Below are positions 27,201 to 36,309 of a DNA stretch of 64,000 nt, piece after piece. The DNA is from a virus. Its lineage: Duplodnaviria > Caudoviricetes. Made by a program: the position numbers and the translations under genes. Position 1 is the stretch's first letter. Every line of letters begins with the position of its first letter. Below the pieces are notes generated by a model, which saw nothing but the letters and a program-made list of their open reading frames with translations, searched no databases and was not told the origin of the DNA. The DNA is taken from IMG/VR virus record IMGVR_UViG_3300025889_000071; one strand, 5' to 3'.

Positions 27201-30117
27201 TGGAGAAAGTTTCTCTCAACCAATACAGAATCTTTATCCAGAAATTGATAGAGATAATTTATTGTCTGACATAAATGCTACAATTTCTGTAGCTTCACCA
27301 TCTCCAATTGGAAAAGTTACTGTTGATGATTCGAAAAATAGCATTACAAGAGAAACATCTGATAAATTTATATCCGATATCAATATTGGTGTGGGATTAA
27401 CTGATATTTTAACAAATGTTGTCGGTACTGGTGGAACTATTCATGAATTACGTACAAAAATTGACCATGGACTTAATGGTGCAATAAAAGTTAGCATTGC
27501 TTCCAGTGGTGCAAATTATGGTACGGGTTCTGCTTCTGAAGTCATTTATTATGGCGCAAAACTAGTTGCATCTGCATCATCAACTGGACCAACAGGAAAA
27601 CATGCATCTGCTAGAGTTACTGTAGATGCAAATGATGGCGGAATTACTGAAGTATTAATAACTGATGGTGGAAGTGGATATTTCCCAGGAAATCAATGCA
27701 AAATTGTTAGTGTAGCAACTACAACAGGACATAGTGCGGCAGAAGTAGTAATTGAAAAAGTCAATGATAATGTTGGAGATGTTGTTAAGATTGTAGGAGT
27801 TTCTTCCGATACTTATGAACCATATAATACATTATACAGAATTACTTCTGTTGGTATTGGTTCCGAAAAAGATTTTAGAGCCGAGTCTATTTCTGAAATT
27901 AGTGGGGTTACAACCACCGGAATTGGTGCAACTGTTCTATCAAATGCAGTTTTATATAATGTTGGAAAATCTGTTGGCATTTCAAGTATCAATTATTTTT
28001 CAAGCACTGGTATTGCAACAGTCACAACAAATTCTAATCATGGATTTGGCGTAAACAATAAAGTTAGAATTGTTACTGGTATTGCAACAATGCCAGAATT
28101 TGATGGTGAATTTATCATCAAAAAAGATGAAAGTCTTACATCATTCTCATTTAATTTGGGTATTGGTGTCACAGACCAACCTGTTGCTATGGGTTCATCT
28201 ATGTTTGTACTTCCAACAGGATGGACATCAAATGCAGGGACACTTGGTGAAAAGGATAGTAGTGTTAATGCTAGAATGGTTTCAAATTATGCTGGAATTA
28301 CAACAACACTTTCATCTGGTATTGCCAATGCCACAACCGATGAAGTATCATTAACAAACGTTGGTGATTTAAATCTTGCCGCAGGTGATTATCTATCCAT
28401 TGATAATGAAATAGTAAGAATCAAAACAAATCCATCAAATCCGTTAAGCAATCCACTTTTAGTCTTTAGAGGGGTTCTTGGATCAAAAGCAACATCTCAT
28501 GATTCTGGATCAATTGTTCGTAAAATACAACCACTTCCAATTGAATTTAGAACACCATCTAAAAATGTAGCTCAAAGTCATGTTTGGGAACATGTTGGTT
28601 TTGGACCAGGAAATTATTCTACAGGTCTTCCTAGTAATCAAACTCGTGGAAAAACACCTGAAGAAGAAATATTATCACAGTCATATAAGAAGGATGGTGG
28701 TCTTAATTTCTTTGATGGAATTGATAATGAAGGATCTAGTTACTTTGGAAATAAGAAAATTAATAATATTTCTGGAGAAGAGGAAGTATTTGATGGACCA
28801 AATCTTAATAGTGAAACTGTAATCAATACAAAATCAACTACATTTGAAGGAAAATTAACTTCAACTTCAGATGAAGGTGTTGAGGCAAAAAATATACTAT
28901 TAAAAGGAAATGTAGACCTTGCCAAAAAACATACTGTAGAAAAAGAAGCACCATCATATACAGGAAATCCTGGCGACATTGTTTATTCGGATCTTCCAAT
29001 TGAGGGTCAAAATTCTGCCTGGATATATGCAAATGATAAGAGTTGGAAGAGAACAGGACCAATAGCATTGTCAGCTGACACCGATTCTTACCTATTCAGT
29101 AGTGTAGGTATTGGAACTACAACGTTATCTCTAAAAGATCATATTGTGCAAATTGGTTCTGGTTCAAGTATTGTTACCATTGGACCAAATGGAAGTGTTG
29201 GTGTTGGATCAACAGGGCATATATTTAAGTTCAGAGTAGAAGGTACATCACATTTCTCCGGTAGTGTTTCTGCAGGTGATGCTATTACTGCGAGTAGCTT
29301 TATTGGTGATGGCTCTGGTCTAACAAATCTGAACGTATCGGCAACTGGATGGGCACAAGTTGAAGCTGGACTTGGAACTGGTATTTACAATACTCAACTA
29401 AACAGAGTTGGTATTAATACTGCTGCTCCACAAGTTGTTCTTGATGTTGGTAGTCCCACATCTGGTGTTGGTGGAACAGATTTAAGAGTACGTAACATTG
29501 CAAAATTTGATAGTTCAGTAGTTGCACAAAATATTAGTGTAGGTGGTATTCTTACGTCAACAAATTATCGTCTTGATAGTACGTTATCTAGAATTAGATC
29601 AGGGATTGTAACTACATCCACATTAGTTGTTGGTACTGCTGGAACTGTTATTACAACAAACTCTTCCCAGAATATTGGTATTGGAACACTTGCAGCAAGA
29701 ACTAAATTGGATGTTGAAGGAAGATTGAGAACTAAATCTCATTCCGAAAATATTGAAGTCGTATCTGTTTCTGCTGGAAACGTTAATATTGATTTGAACA
29801 AAGCAACAATATTTGATTTAGATCTTTCAACTTCTGGCACTGATGTTACCCAATTTACCCTTCTTGGAACTCCAGATTCTGCAGCTTCTTCGGAGTTTGT
29901 TATTAGAATTAAATCAAATGGTTCTAATTCTGTTGGTATCAATACATTCAAGAATCAATCTGGAACTAATTTGAGAGTATATTGGCCATCATCTGTTCCC
30001 AATGTTTCAATATCTACAGATAAGTATGATTTCTATAGATTTAGAACTTTCTCAAGGTCTGGAGCGATTGACGTATTTGGTTTTGTTGATGGACAAAACA
30101 TGGGATATCAATACTGA
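24292..30117 (+). CDS. Very large virion structural/fibre protein
   Basis: MGLSRLENF..N..G.ILYV.P.DLD.TDSI.N.GNS..RPFKTIQRAL N-terminus typical of cyanomyovirus fibre proteins; many GIGT and VGVG motifs. Confidence 0.8.
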   Translation: MGLSRLENFIKNVRGNILYVSPNDLDSTDSIENSGNSLTRPFKTIQRALVEASRFSYQKGLNNDRFNQTTILVYPGEHTIDNRPGYIPDGLGTFKTRSGFNAEDFTAWDGNTVYDLNTENNALYKLNSVHGGVIVPRGVSIIGIDLRKTKIRPKYIPNPTDSNIPSSAVFRLTGGSYVQNFTILDGDPNSTSYRDYLNSDFIPNFSHHKLTCFEYVDGTNNVKISDTFLTYESTRTDLDMYYEKVGLVYGTASGREIQPDYPSTGLDIEPKVDEYRLVGPTGQSVEISAIQAGNGVVATTTITVTTATAIDGLDVDNVIVIDGLADTEYNGRYTVTEKINSTQFKYITNNPPVDPNPSSTATATASIVVDNITSASPYINTITLKSVYGMCGVLADGSKSSGFKSIVISEFSGISLQKDENAFVKFNKTSGVYEDTTIPGNENLSSDIDAVYKPAYSNFHIKGTGDTYIQAVSCFAIGFSEQFVSIDGANLSLSNCNSNFGAKSLSSSGFKNTATSTEDLGYISHILPPREVDEDEISVSFAPIDIKTTIGIGTTNERLYLYDQKNVDSIPSSEFNGYKIGAKASDKLYILTSNGEQKVEHFSRIVMSNSQSSSEKVFNVLKTNVGINSIVSNTITLTENHTFQNAESVRVISEDGSLPDGIESNTVYYAITSGVDPDEIKLASSEANARTLSAISFNNFGGSLKIVSRVSDKKSGDVGHPIQYDTGSSQWYIKVATANTENLIYSNVIVGLGTTAFNNDASPKTYVKRTPDNRQLKDSIYRLRYVIPEVDSTVAKPPSIGAVIQESSTSIGSTAIEVGKYFGSGTLTNSNQLRNFKIISDVSWDTELAYFTTEVPHKLNVGSQVQINNVKSTLNVAGVGNSGFNRTYSVVGVGSAKQFSVGLSTDPGSFTSDITVRDTNLPNFSRKRYRNTYYVQNVEEVQEYISGVQPGVYYLTVLNSTNSPSISPFTGESFSQPIQNLYPEIDRDNLLSDINATISVASPSPIGKVTVDDSKNSITRETSDKFISDINIGVGLTDILTNVVGTGGTIHELRTKIDHGLNGAIKVSIASSGANYGTGSASEVIYYGAKLVASASSTGPTGKHASARVTVDANDGGITEVLITDGGSGYFPGNQCKIVSVATTTGHSAAEVVIEKVNDNVGDVVKIVGVSSDTYEPYNTLYRITSVGIGSEKDFRAESISEISGVTTTGIGATVLSNAVLYNVGKSVGISSINYFSSTGIATVTTNSNHGFGVNNKVRIVTGIATMPEFDGEFIIKKDESLTSFSFNLGIGVTDQPVAMGSSMFVLPTGWTSNAGTLGEKDSSVNARMVSNYAGITTTLSSGIANATTDEVSLTNVGDLNLAAGDYLSIDNEIVRIKTNPSNPLSNPLLVFRGVLGSKATSHDSGSIVRKIQPLPIEFRTPSKNVAQSHVWEHVGFGPGNYSTGLPSNQTRGKTPEEEILSQSYKKDGGLNFFDGIDNEGSSYFGNKKINNISGEEEVFDGPNLNSETVINTKSTTFEGKLTSTSDEGVEAKNILLKGNVDLAKKHTVEKEAPSYTGNPGDIVYSDLPIEGQNSAWIYANDKSWKRTGPIALSADTDSYLFSSVGIGTTTLSLKDHIVQIGSGSSIVTIGPNGSVGVGSTGHIFKFRVEGTSHFSGSVSAGDAITASSFIGDGSGLTNLNVSATGWAQVEAGLGTGIYNTQLNRVGINTAAPQVVLDVGSPTSGVGGTDLRVRNIAKFDSSVVAQNISVGGILTSTNYRLDSTLSRIRSGIVTTSTLVVGTAGTVITTNSSQNIGIGTLAARTKLDVEGRLRTKSHSENIEVVSVSAGNVNIDLNKATIFDLDLSTSGTDVTQFTLLGTPDSAASSEFVIRIKSNGSNSVGINTFKNQSGTNLRVYWPSSVPNVSISTDKYDFYRFRTFSRSGAIDVFGFVDGQNMGYQY

Positions 30118-30160
30118 TAAATAATAAAAAAAGTAGTATTCTGGGGGAGAGTGAACCCAA

Positions 30161-33100
30161 ATGGCAGGAATTAATAAGAATTTTGTTATTAAGAATGGCA
30201 TTGAGGTCAACACTAATTTAATTGTAGGTAATACTGAATTAGGTCGAGTTGGTATTGGAACCACTCAACCTCTTCAAAATTTACATGTTGTCGGTGGTAT
30301 TGGTGCAACATCCATCGATGTTACTGGGGTTGCAACCATTCGAACATTGAATGTCCTTGGAGTTACAACTCTCCCACAATTGGTTCTTGGTGCTGGAGAT
30401 CCTGTCATAACAGGAACACCAAATCAGATATTAGCTGTTTATGATGGTGTACATATTGAGGGAAATACTGGTATTGGTATCACCTTACCAAATGCCAGAT
30501 TAGATGTTGTTCCACCATCAGATAAAAGTGCAGGTATATTTTCAGGATCATCTTCTGAAGGGATGGTTCATATTGTTCAGAAAGGTGAGGGGGATGCATT
30601 AAGAGTTGAGAGTATTCCTGCAGGTATCAACACAACTGCTTTTGTCGTAACAGGAGTCGGAACAGTTGGTGTAGGAACCACTAATCCAGATGTTAAACTT
30701 ACTGTTTGGACATCAGTATCTACAGGAACCACTGCAATTTATGCAAGAGGTGATGTTGTTGGCACTGGTATTGGTTCCTTTATTAGTTTGCAATCAGAGA
30801 CTGCAAATGTTGCTATTGGAACGATTGGTAAATTAGTAGGTCAGTCTTTAAATTATAGTGGAATTAATACATTAACAAGCATTGAATCTACAGAACTAAC
30901 AGTAAGTGGATTCTCTACGTTAGGTAGTGCCAAGTTATCAAATACAATTCTTGCTGGTGTTAATACTGGATTGTATGCTCCAGGTATTTCTACATTAACT
31001 TATCTAACAGGTCAATCTGCAAACTATAGTGGAATTTCTACATTAACTTCTCTTGATGGAGTATCATTAAATTATACTGGTATTTCTACTATTAGTCATG
31101 TAAGTGGAACAACTTTGGTTGTTTCTGGATTCTCTACATTAGGTAGTGCCAAGTTATCAAATACAATTCTTGCTGGTGTTAATACTGGCCTCTATGCTCC
31201 AGGTATTTCTACATTAACTTATCTAACAGGTCAATCTGCAAACTATAGCGGTATCAATACTCTTGGTTTTGTCGAGTCAATAACCTTAAATGTTTCTGGA
31301 TTTAGTACTCTTGGTGCTACTTCTGCATCATTATTAAGTGTTTCTGGTGTCTCTACACTTACTGGAGGTGTTAATGCTGATGCAGGTATTAAGGCCGCAA
31401 GATTAAGTGTTGCTGGAATTTCTACATTAGGACAAACCACAACTGCAGGTCTCAAGAACACTGGAATTTCTACATTAGGTAATGCAACAGCAGACACATT
31501 AGTTGTTTCTGGATTTAGTACTCTTGGTGCTACTTCTGCATCATTATTAAGTGTTTCTGGTGTTTCTACACTTACTGGTGGAGTAAATGCTGATGAAGGT
31601 ATTAAGGCCGCAAGATTAAGTGTTACTGGAATTTCAACATTAAGTGATGCAACATCAACTAACCTTGTTGTATCTGGATTTAGTACTCTTGGTGGTTCAT
31701 CTGCAACATTATTGAGTGTTTCTGGTGTCTCTACACTCACTGGTGGAGTAAACGCCGATGAAGGTATTAAGGCCGCAAGATTAAGTGTTACCGGTATTAC
31801 TACATTAGGTCAAACTACAGCAACAGGATTAAAAGTTACTGGAATTTCTACATTAGATCAAACTACCACAACTGGTCTTAAGAACACTGGAATTTCTACA
31901 TTAGGGAATGCAACAGCAGACACTTTAGTTGTTTCTGGATTTAGTACTCTTGGTGGTTCATCTGCAACATTATTAAATGTATCTGGATTTAGTACTTTTG
32001 GATCTATTAGTGCAATAAATGCAAACTTCACGGGCGTTACCAGTATAACATCACTTGCTCTTGGTGAACAATTAGCATTAAGTTCTTTCAGTGTAAGTTC
32101 AGAATTTGTTAGTACTGCAGGTGTTAGTACACTTTCTGCCACACAAATATCAACATTAGAAGTCACTGGCATTTCCACATTAGGTCAAACCACAACTGCA
32201 GGTCTTAAGAATACTGGAATTTCAACATTAGGTAATGCAACAGCAGACACTTTAGTTGTCTCTGGATTTAGTACTTTTGGTGGTTCATCTGCAACTTTAC
32301 TTAACATTTCTGGTGTCTCTACACTTACTGGAGGTGTTAATGCTGATGCAGGTATTAAGGCCGCAAGATTAAGTGTTACCGGTATTACTACATTAGGTCA
32401 AACTACAACTACTGGCTTTAAGAACACTGGAATTTCTACATTAGGGAATGCAACAGCAGACACTTTAGTTGTTTCTGGTGTCTCTACACTCACTGGTGGA
32501 GTAAATGCTGATGCTGGAATTAAGGCTGCCAGATTAAACGTTACTGGTATTACTACTTTAGGTCAAACTACAGCATCAGGATTAAATGTTGCTGGTATTA
32601 CTACATTAGGTCAAACCACAACTGCAGGTCTTAAGAACACTGGCATTTCCACTTTAGGTAATGCTACGTCAGATACTTTAGTTGTTACCGGTATTACTAC
32701 ATTAGGTCAAACCACAACTGTTGGTCTCAAGAACACAGGCATTTCTACATTAGGAAATGCAACAGCAGATACATTATCTGTCTCTGGTGTTGCTACTGCA
32801 AGTTCCTTCAGTGGTTCTGGTTCTGGTTTAAGTGATGGAACTGTACCAATTGCATCTCTTGATATTGATGGTGGTACAGAACTATCATCTCTGGCTAATG
32901 AAGATTTATTCATTGTTGATGATGGTGCAGGTGGAACTAATCGTAAAATTACTGCAAGCAACGTAAGTGCATATGTTCTTGGTGGTGCATCAGGAAGTGT
33001 TAATTTCCAGAACTTGAATGTGAGTGGTATTGGTACAATAGTTAATCTTATATCAACTAATGCAAATATTAGTGGAGTATTAACAGCTACTAATATTGAA

Positions 33101-36100
33101 GGTAATGGTGATGGAATTACTTCAATTCGTGCAGGTATTCTGACCGGTTCTCTTCCTCCGATTGATGGAAGTCAACTGACAGGAATTGTTGCAACTGGTA
33201 CTGGTGTTCAAATATTTGATGGATATGGTGGTTCTTATGGATATGGTGCTGTTTATTCGGGTATTGGTATTACTTTTGTATATAATACTGATAACGTTAC
33301 TGTAGATTTCAATGCAGGAATAACAACAATTGGCCTTTCAACCTCTGTGAGCATTGGAGGTTCAATGACTGCAACATCATTCCATGGTGATGGTGCGGGT
33401 CTTACAAATGCTGGTGCTTTCAACTATGATAACACCACAAATATTTTTGCACAAAATATTACATCATTACCAAATAGAACTGATGGTGCTGATAACTTCT
33501 TTGCAGGTAGATCTGCAGGACATAATATTACTAGTGCAGACAACAATATTGCAATAGGATCTTCTAGTGGTTTAAACCTTACATCCGGACACAATAATAT
33601 ATTCCTTGGTGCTTGTGCAGGATGTAATACTGATACTGCATATCATAATGTATTCCTTGGTGCATGTGCAGGATGTAACAATAGCGGTGGCGATTATAAT
33701 ACCTTCATTGGTCAGCATTCGGGACGTGATAACACATCTGGAAATTATAATACTTTCATTGGTCGTTCTGCAGGATACAACAACAATACTGGCGATTATA
33801 ATACCTTCATTGGATATTGTGCAGGATATGACAATTGCAATGCTTCAAACAATACCTTCATTGGATATCTTGCAGGAAGGTGCAACAGCACTGGAGCTGG
33901 TAATTTCTTCGTTGGTCAGTGTGCAGGACATTTCAGTTGTAGTGGATTTTACAATAACTTCCTTGGTGATAGTGCAGGATATTGCAACACCTCTGGAACC
34001 AATAATAACTTCCTTGGTAGATGTGCAGGATGTAGTAATACCTCCGGATCTTATAATAACTTCTTTGGACATGATGCAGGATGCAAAAACACCACTGGAA
34101 GTTGTAATAACTTCATAGGCGAGTGTGCAGGATTCTGCAACACCGATACTAATGGCTCAGTAGCAATTGGACAATCAGCAGGATATCATAATGATGCTTC
34201 TGATAATGTCTTCTTGGGAAGAAATGCTGGATTTACTACTGTTACTCGTTCTTCAAGTGACCTTATTACGGGTTCTCATAACTTCATATCGGGTGTTGGA
34301 GCTGGTTCCTCATTAACCACTGGATGCAATAATACCTTCATTGGTAATAGAGTAGGAAGATACAACACCACTGGAGATTACAATAACTTTCTTGGCAATT
34401 TTGCAGGAGGAAATAACACCACTGGAGGTTGTAATAACTTCTTTGGTAATCAGGCAGGATACTACAATACCACTGCAAATAATAATAACTTCCTTGGTAG
34501 TTCTGCCGGATACAAAAACACCACTGGAAGTCATAATAACTTCCTTGGTGATAGTGCAGGATATTGCAACAATTCTGGAAGTAATAATAACTTCATTGGT
34601 GAGCGTGCAGGATTCTGCAGCGTCGATGGATGTCACAACAACTTCTTTGGTTGTCGAGCAGGATGCAAAACCACTGGAGTTTGTAATAACTTCTTTGGTG
34701 CAGCTGCAGGTGTAAGTAACACCTCTGGAAGTAATAATAACTTCTTTGGTAATGCAGGAGGAAATAATACCACTGGAAGTTATAATAACTTCTTTGGTCA
34801 GTCTGCAGGATGGGTCAACTCTTGTGGATGCCATAATAACTTCTTTGGTTGTTGTGCAGGATACAGCAACAGCACTGGATGTTATAATAACTTCTTTGGT
34901 CCTTTTGCAGGAAGATGCAACACCACTGGTTATGATAACGTAGCAATTGGCCGATGTGCAGCACATTGCAGAACCACTGGTCATAGTAATGTTTCTATAG
35001 GTAATTCTGCAGGTTACTTTAGTACTGGTAATAATAATACCTTTATTGGTGTCCTTGCAGGTTCAGGTTTTGCTAGTGCATCTGGTTCGTATAACATATT
35101 CTTTGGACATTGTTCAGGTCGTTCAAATACTAGTGGAGCATGTAACCTTTTTGCAGGTTTAAGAAGTGGTGCATGTAATACAACAGGAGAATTCAATATC
35201 TTCTTTGGACATTGTGCAGGACATTGCAACACTGATGGAGATTGCAACATTGTTGCTGGTTATAAGGCAGGTTTCTCAAATGAAACAGGTTGTCATAATG
35301 TCTTCCTTGGTTGGTGTGCTGGTGCCACAAGCACTAAAGGAGAACAGGTTGCAATTGGATATAATGCAAGAGTTGCTGCACCTACAGAAAGCACCCAATT
35401 AGCAATTGGTATTGGTAATACAAATTGGATTGATGGTAATGAGTCATACTTTGTTGGATTTGGAATTACTAATCCAACACAAAGAGTTGATGTTGGTGGA
35501 AACATAAAGGTTTCTGGAGAACTTCATGGTCCAACTAACTTCGTCATTGATCCAGCGGCAGTTGGTGATAATACTGGTTCGGTAAGAATTAAAGGAGACC
35601 TTTATGTTGATGGTGATAACTTTGTTGTCAATTCGGAAACAATTACTCTTGGTGATTTTGTAGTTGGTATCGCATCCACAGTTCCAAATCGCACTGAATT
35701 GGATGGTGCAGGAATTGGAATTGGCAGTGATGTTACTTTCCTTTATGATGATACAAATACTGCACTTAAATCTAATGTAAATCTGAATCTTTCTTCTGCT
35801 GATAAAACATATAAGATTAATGGAACTGATGTTCTGTCTGCAACAACGCTTGGATCTGGAGTTGTTAATTCTTCACTAACATCTGTTGGAAATCTTACAT
35901 CATTAACTGTTAGTGGGGATGTTAGTGTCAATGGTAGTGGAGGTATTTCGGTTGTCGGTGTTGTAACTGCATCTGACTTCAATTCAACTTCTGATCAAAA
36001 ACTGAAGACAAACATACAGAGAGTTGAAAATGCAGTTGATAAGGTACAACAAATTGATGGTGTATCATTCAATTGGATTGAAAATAATAAACCTTCTATG

Positions 36101-36265
36101 GGTGTTATTGCTGACCAGGTTGAAAAAGTTCTGCCTGAACTGGTAAGTAATACCGATCCGAAGACGGTTAATTACAACGGATTGATAGGTCTTCTGATTG
36201 AGGTTGTAAAAGAACAACAAACACAAATTAATGATTTGAACGAAAGACTATCAAGACTTGAGTGA
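30161..36265 (+). CDS. Tail fibre-like protein 2: Ser/Thr/Gly repeats, 17-aa Cys/Asn repeats, C-terminal peptidase S74
   Basis: KNFVIKNGI start; VSGFSTLG and TGISTLG repeats; NNFFG repeats; SDQKLKTNI...GVIADQVEKVLPELV..VNYNGLIGLLIE. Confidence 0.85.
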   Translation: MAGINKNFVIKNGIEVNTNLIVGNTELGRVGIGTTQPLQNLHVVGGIGATSIDVTGVATIRTLNVLGVTTLPQLVLGAGDPVITGTPNQILAVYDGVHIEGNTGIGITLPNARLDVVPPSDKSAGIFSGSSSEGMVHIVQKGEGDALRVESIPAGINTTAFVVTGVGTVGVGTTNPDVKLTVWTSVSTGTTAIYARGDVVGTGIGSFISLQSETANVAIGTIGKLVGQSLNYSGINTLTSIESTELTVSGFSTLGSAKLSNTILAGVNTGLYAPGISTLTYLTGQSANYSGISTLTSLDGVSLNYTGISTISHVSGTTLVVSGFSTLGSAKLSNTILAGVNTGLYAPGISTLTYLTGQSANYSGINTLGFVESITLNVSGFSTLGATSASLLSVSGVSTLTGGVNADAGIKAARLSVAGISTLGQTTTAGLKNTGISTLGNATADTLVVSGFSTLGATSASLLSVSGVSTLTGGVNADEGIKAARLSVTGISTLSDATSTNLVVSGFSTLGGSSATLLSVSGVSTLTGGVNADEGIKAARLSVTGITTLGQTTATGLKVTGISTLDQTTTTGLKNTGISTLGNATADTLVVSGFSTLGGSSATLLNVSGFSTFGSISAINANFTGVTSITSLALGEQLALSSFSVSSEFVSTAGVSTLSATQISTLEVTGISTLGQTTTAGLKNTGISTLGNATADTLVVSGFSTFGGSSATLLNISGVSTLTGGVNADAGIKAARLSVTGITTLGQTTTTGFKNTGISTLGNATADTLVVSGVSTLTGGVNADAGIKAARLNVTGITTLGQTTASGLNVAGITTLGQTTTAGLKNTGISTLGNATSDTLVVTGITTLGQTTTVGLKNTGISTLGNATADTLSVSGVATASSFSGSGSGLSDGTVPIASLDIDGGTELSSLANEDLFIVDDGAGGTNRKITASNVSAYVLGGASGSVNFQNLNVSGIGTIVNLISTNANISGVLTATNIEGNGDGITSIRAGILTGSLPPIDGSQLTGIVATGTGVQIFDGYGGSYGYGAVYSGIGITFVYNTDNVTVDFNAGITTIGLSTSVSIGGSMTATSFHGDGAGLTNAGAFNYDNTTNIFAQNITSLPNRTDGADNFFAGRSAGHNITSADNNIAIGSSSGLNLTSGHNNIFLGACAGCNTDTAYHNVFLGACAGCNNSGGDYNTFIGQHSGRDNTSGNYNTFIGRSAGYNNNTGDYNTFIGYCAGYDNCNASNNTFIGYLAGRCNSTGAGNFFVGQCAGHFSCSGFYNNFLGDSAGYCNTSGTNNNFLGRCAGCSNTSGSYNNFFGHDAGCKNTTGSCNNFIGECAGFCNTDTNGSVAIGQSAGYHNDASDNVFLGRNAGFTTVTRSSSDLITGSHNFISGVGAGSSLTTGCNNTFIGNRVGRYNTTGDYNNFLGNFAGGNNTTGGCNNFFGNQAGYYNTTANNNNFLGSSAGYKNTTGSHNNFLGDSAGYCNNSGSNNNFIGERAGFCSVDGCHNNFFGCRAGCKTTGVCNNFFGAAAGVSNTSGSNNNFFGNAGGNNTTGSYNNFFGQSAGWVNSCGCHNNFFGCCAGYSNSTGCYNNFFGPFAGRCNTTGYDNVAIGRCAAHCRTTGHSNVSIGNSAGYFSTGNNNTFIGVLAGSGFASASGSYNIFFGHCSGRSNTSGACNLFAGLRSGACNTTGEFNIFFGHCAGHCNTDGDCNIVAGYKAGFSNETGCHNVFLGWCAGATSTKGEQVAIGYNARVAAPTESTQLAIGIGNTNWIDGNESYFVGFGITNPTQRVDVGGNIKVSGELHGPTNFVIDPAAVGDNTGSVRIKGDLYVDGDNFVVNSETITLGDFVVGIASTVPNRTELDGAGIGIGSDVTFLYDDTNTALKSNVNLNLSSADKTYKINGTDVLSATTLGSGVVNSSLTSVGNLTSLTVSGDVSVNGSGGISVVGVVTASDFNSTSDQKLKTNIQRVENAVDKVQQIDGVSFNWIENNKPSMGVIADQVEKVLPELVSNTDPKTVNYNGLIGLLIEVVKEQQTQINDLNERLSRLE
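30907..31251 (+). repeat. Near-identical 126-bp direct repeat within fibre 2 (30907-31032 and 31126-31251)
   Basis: Both encode GFSTLGSAKLSNTILAGVNTGLYAPGISTLTYLTGQSANYSG; only a few synonymous differences. Confidence 0.9.
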
Positions 36266-36309
36266 TTACTAAATAATAAAAAACTACCCAGTATATACGA
36301 GGACGGTAG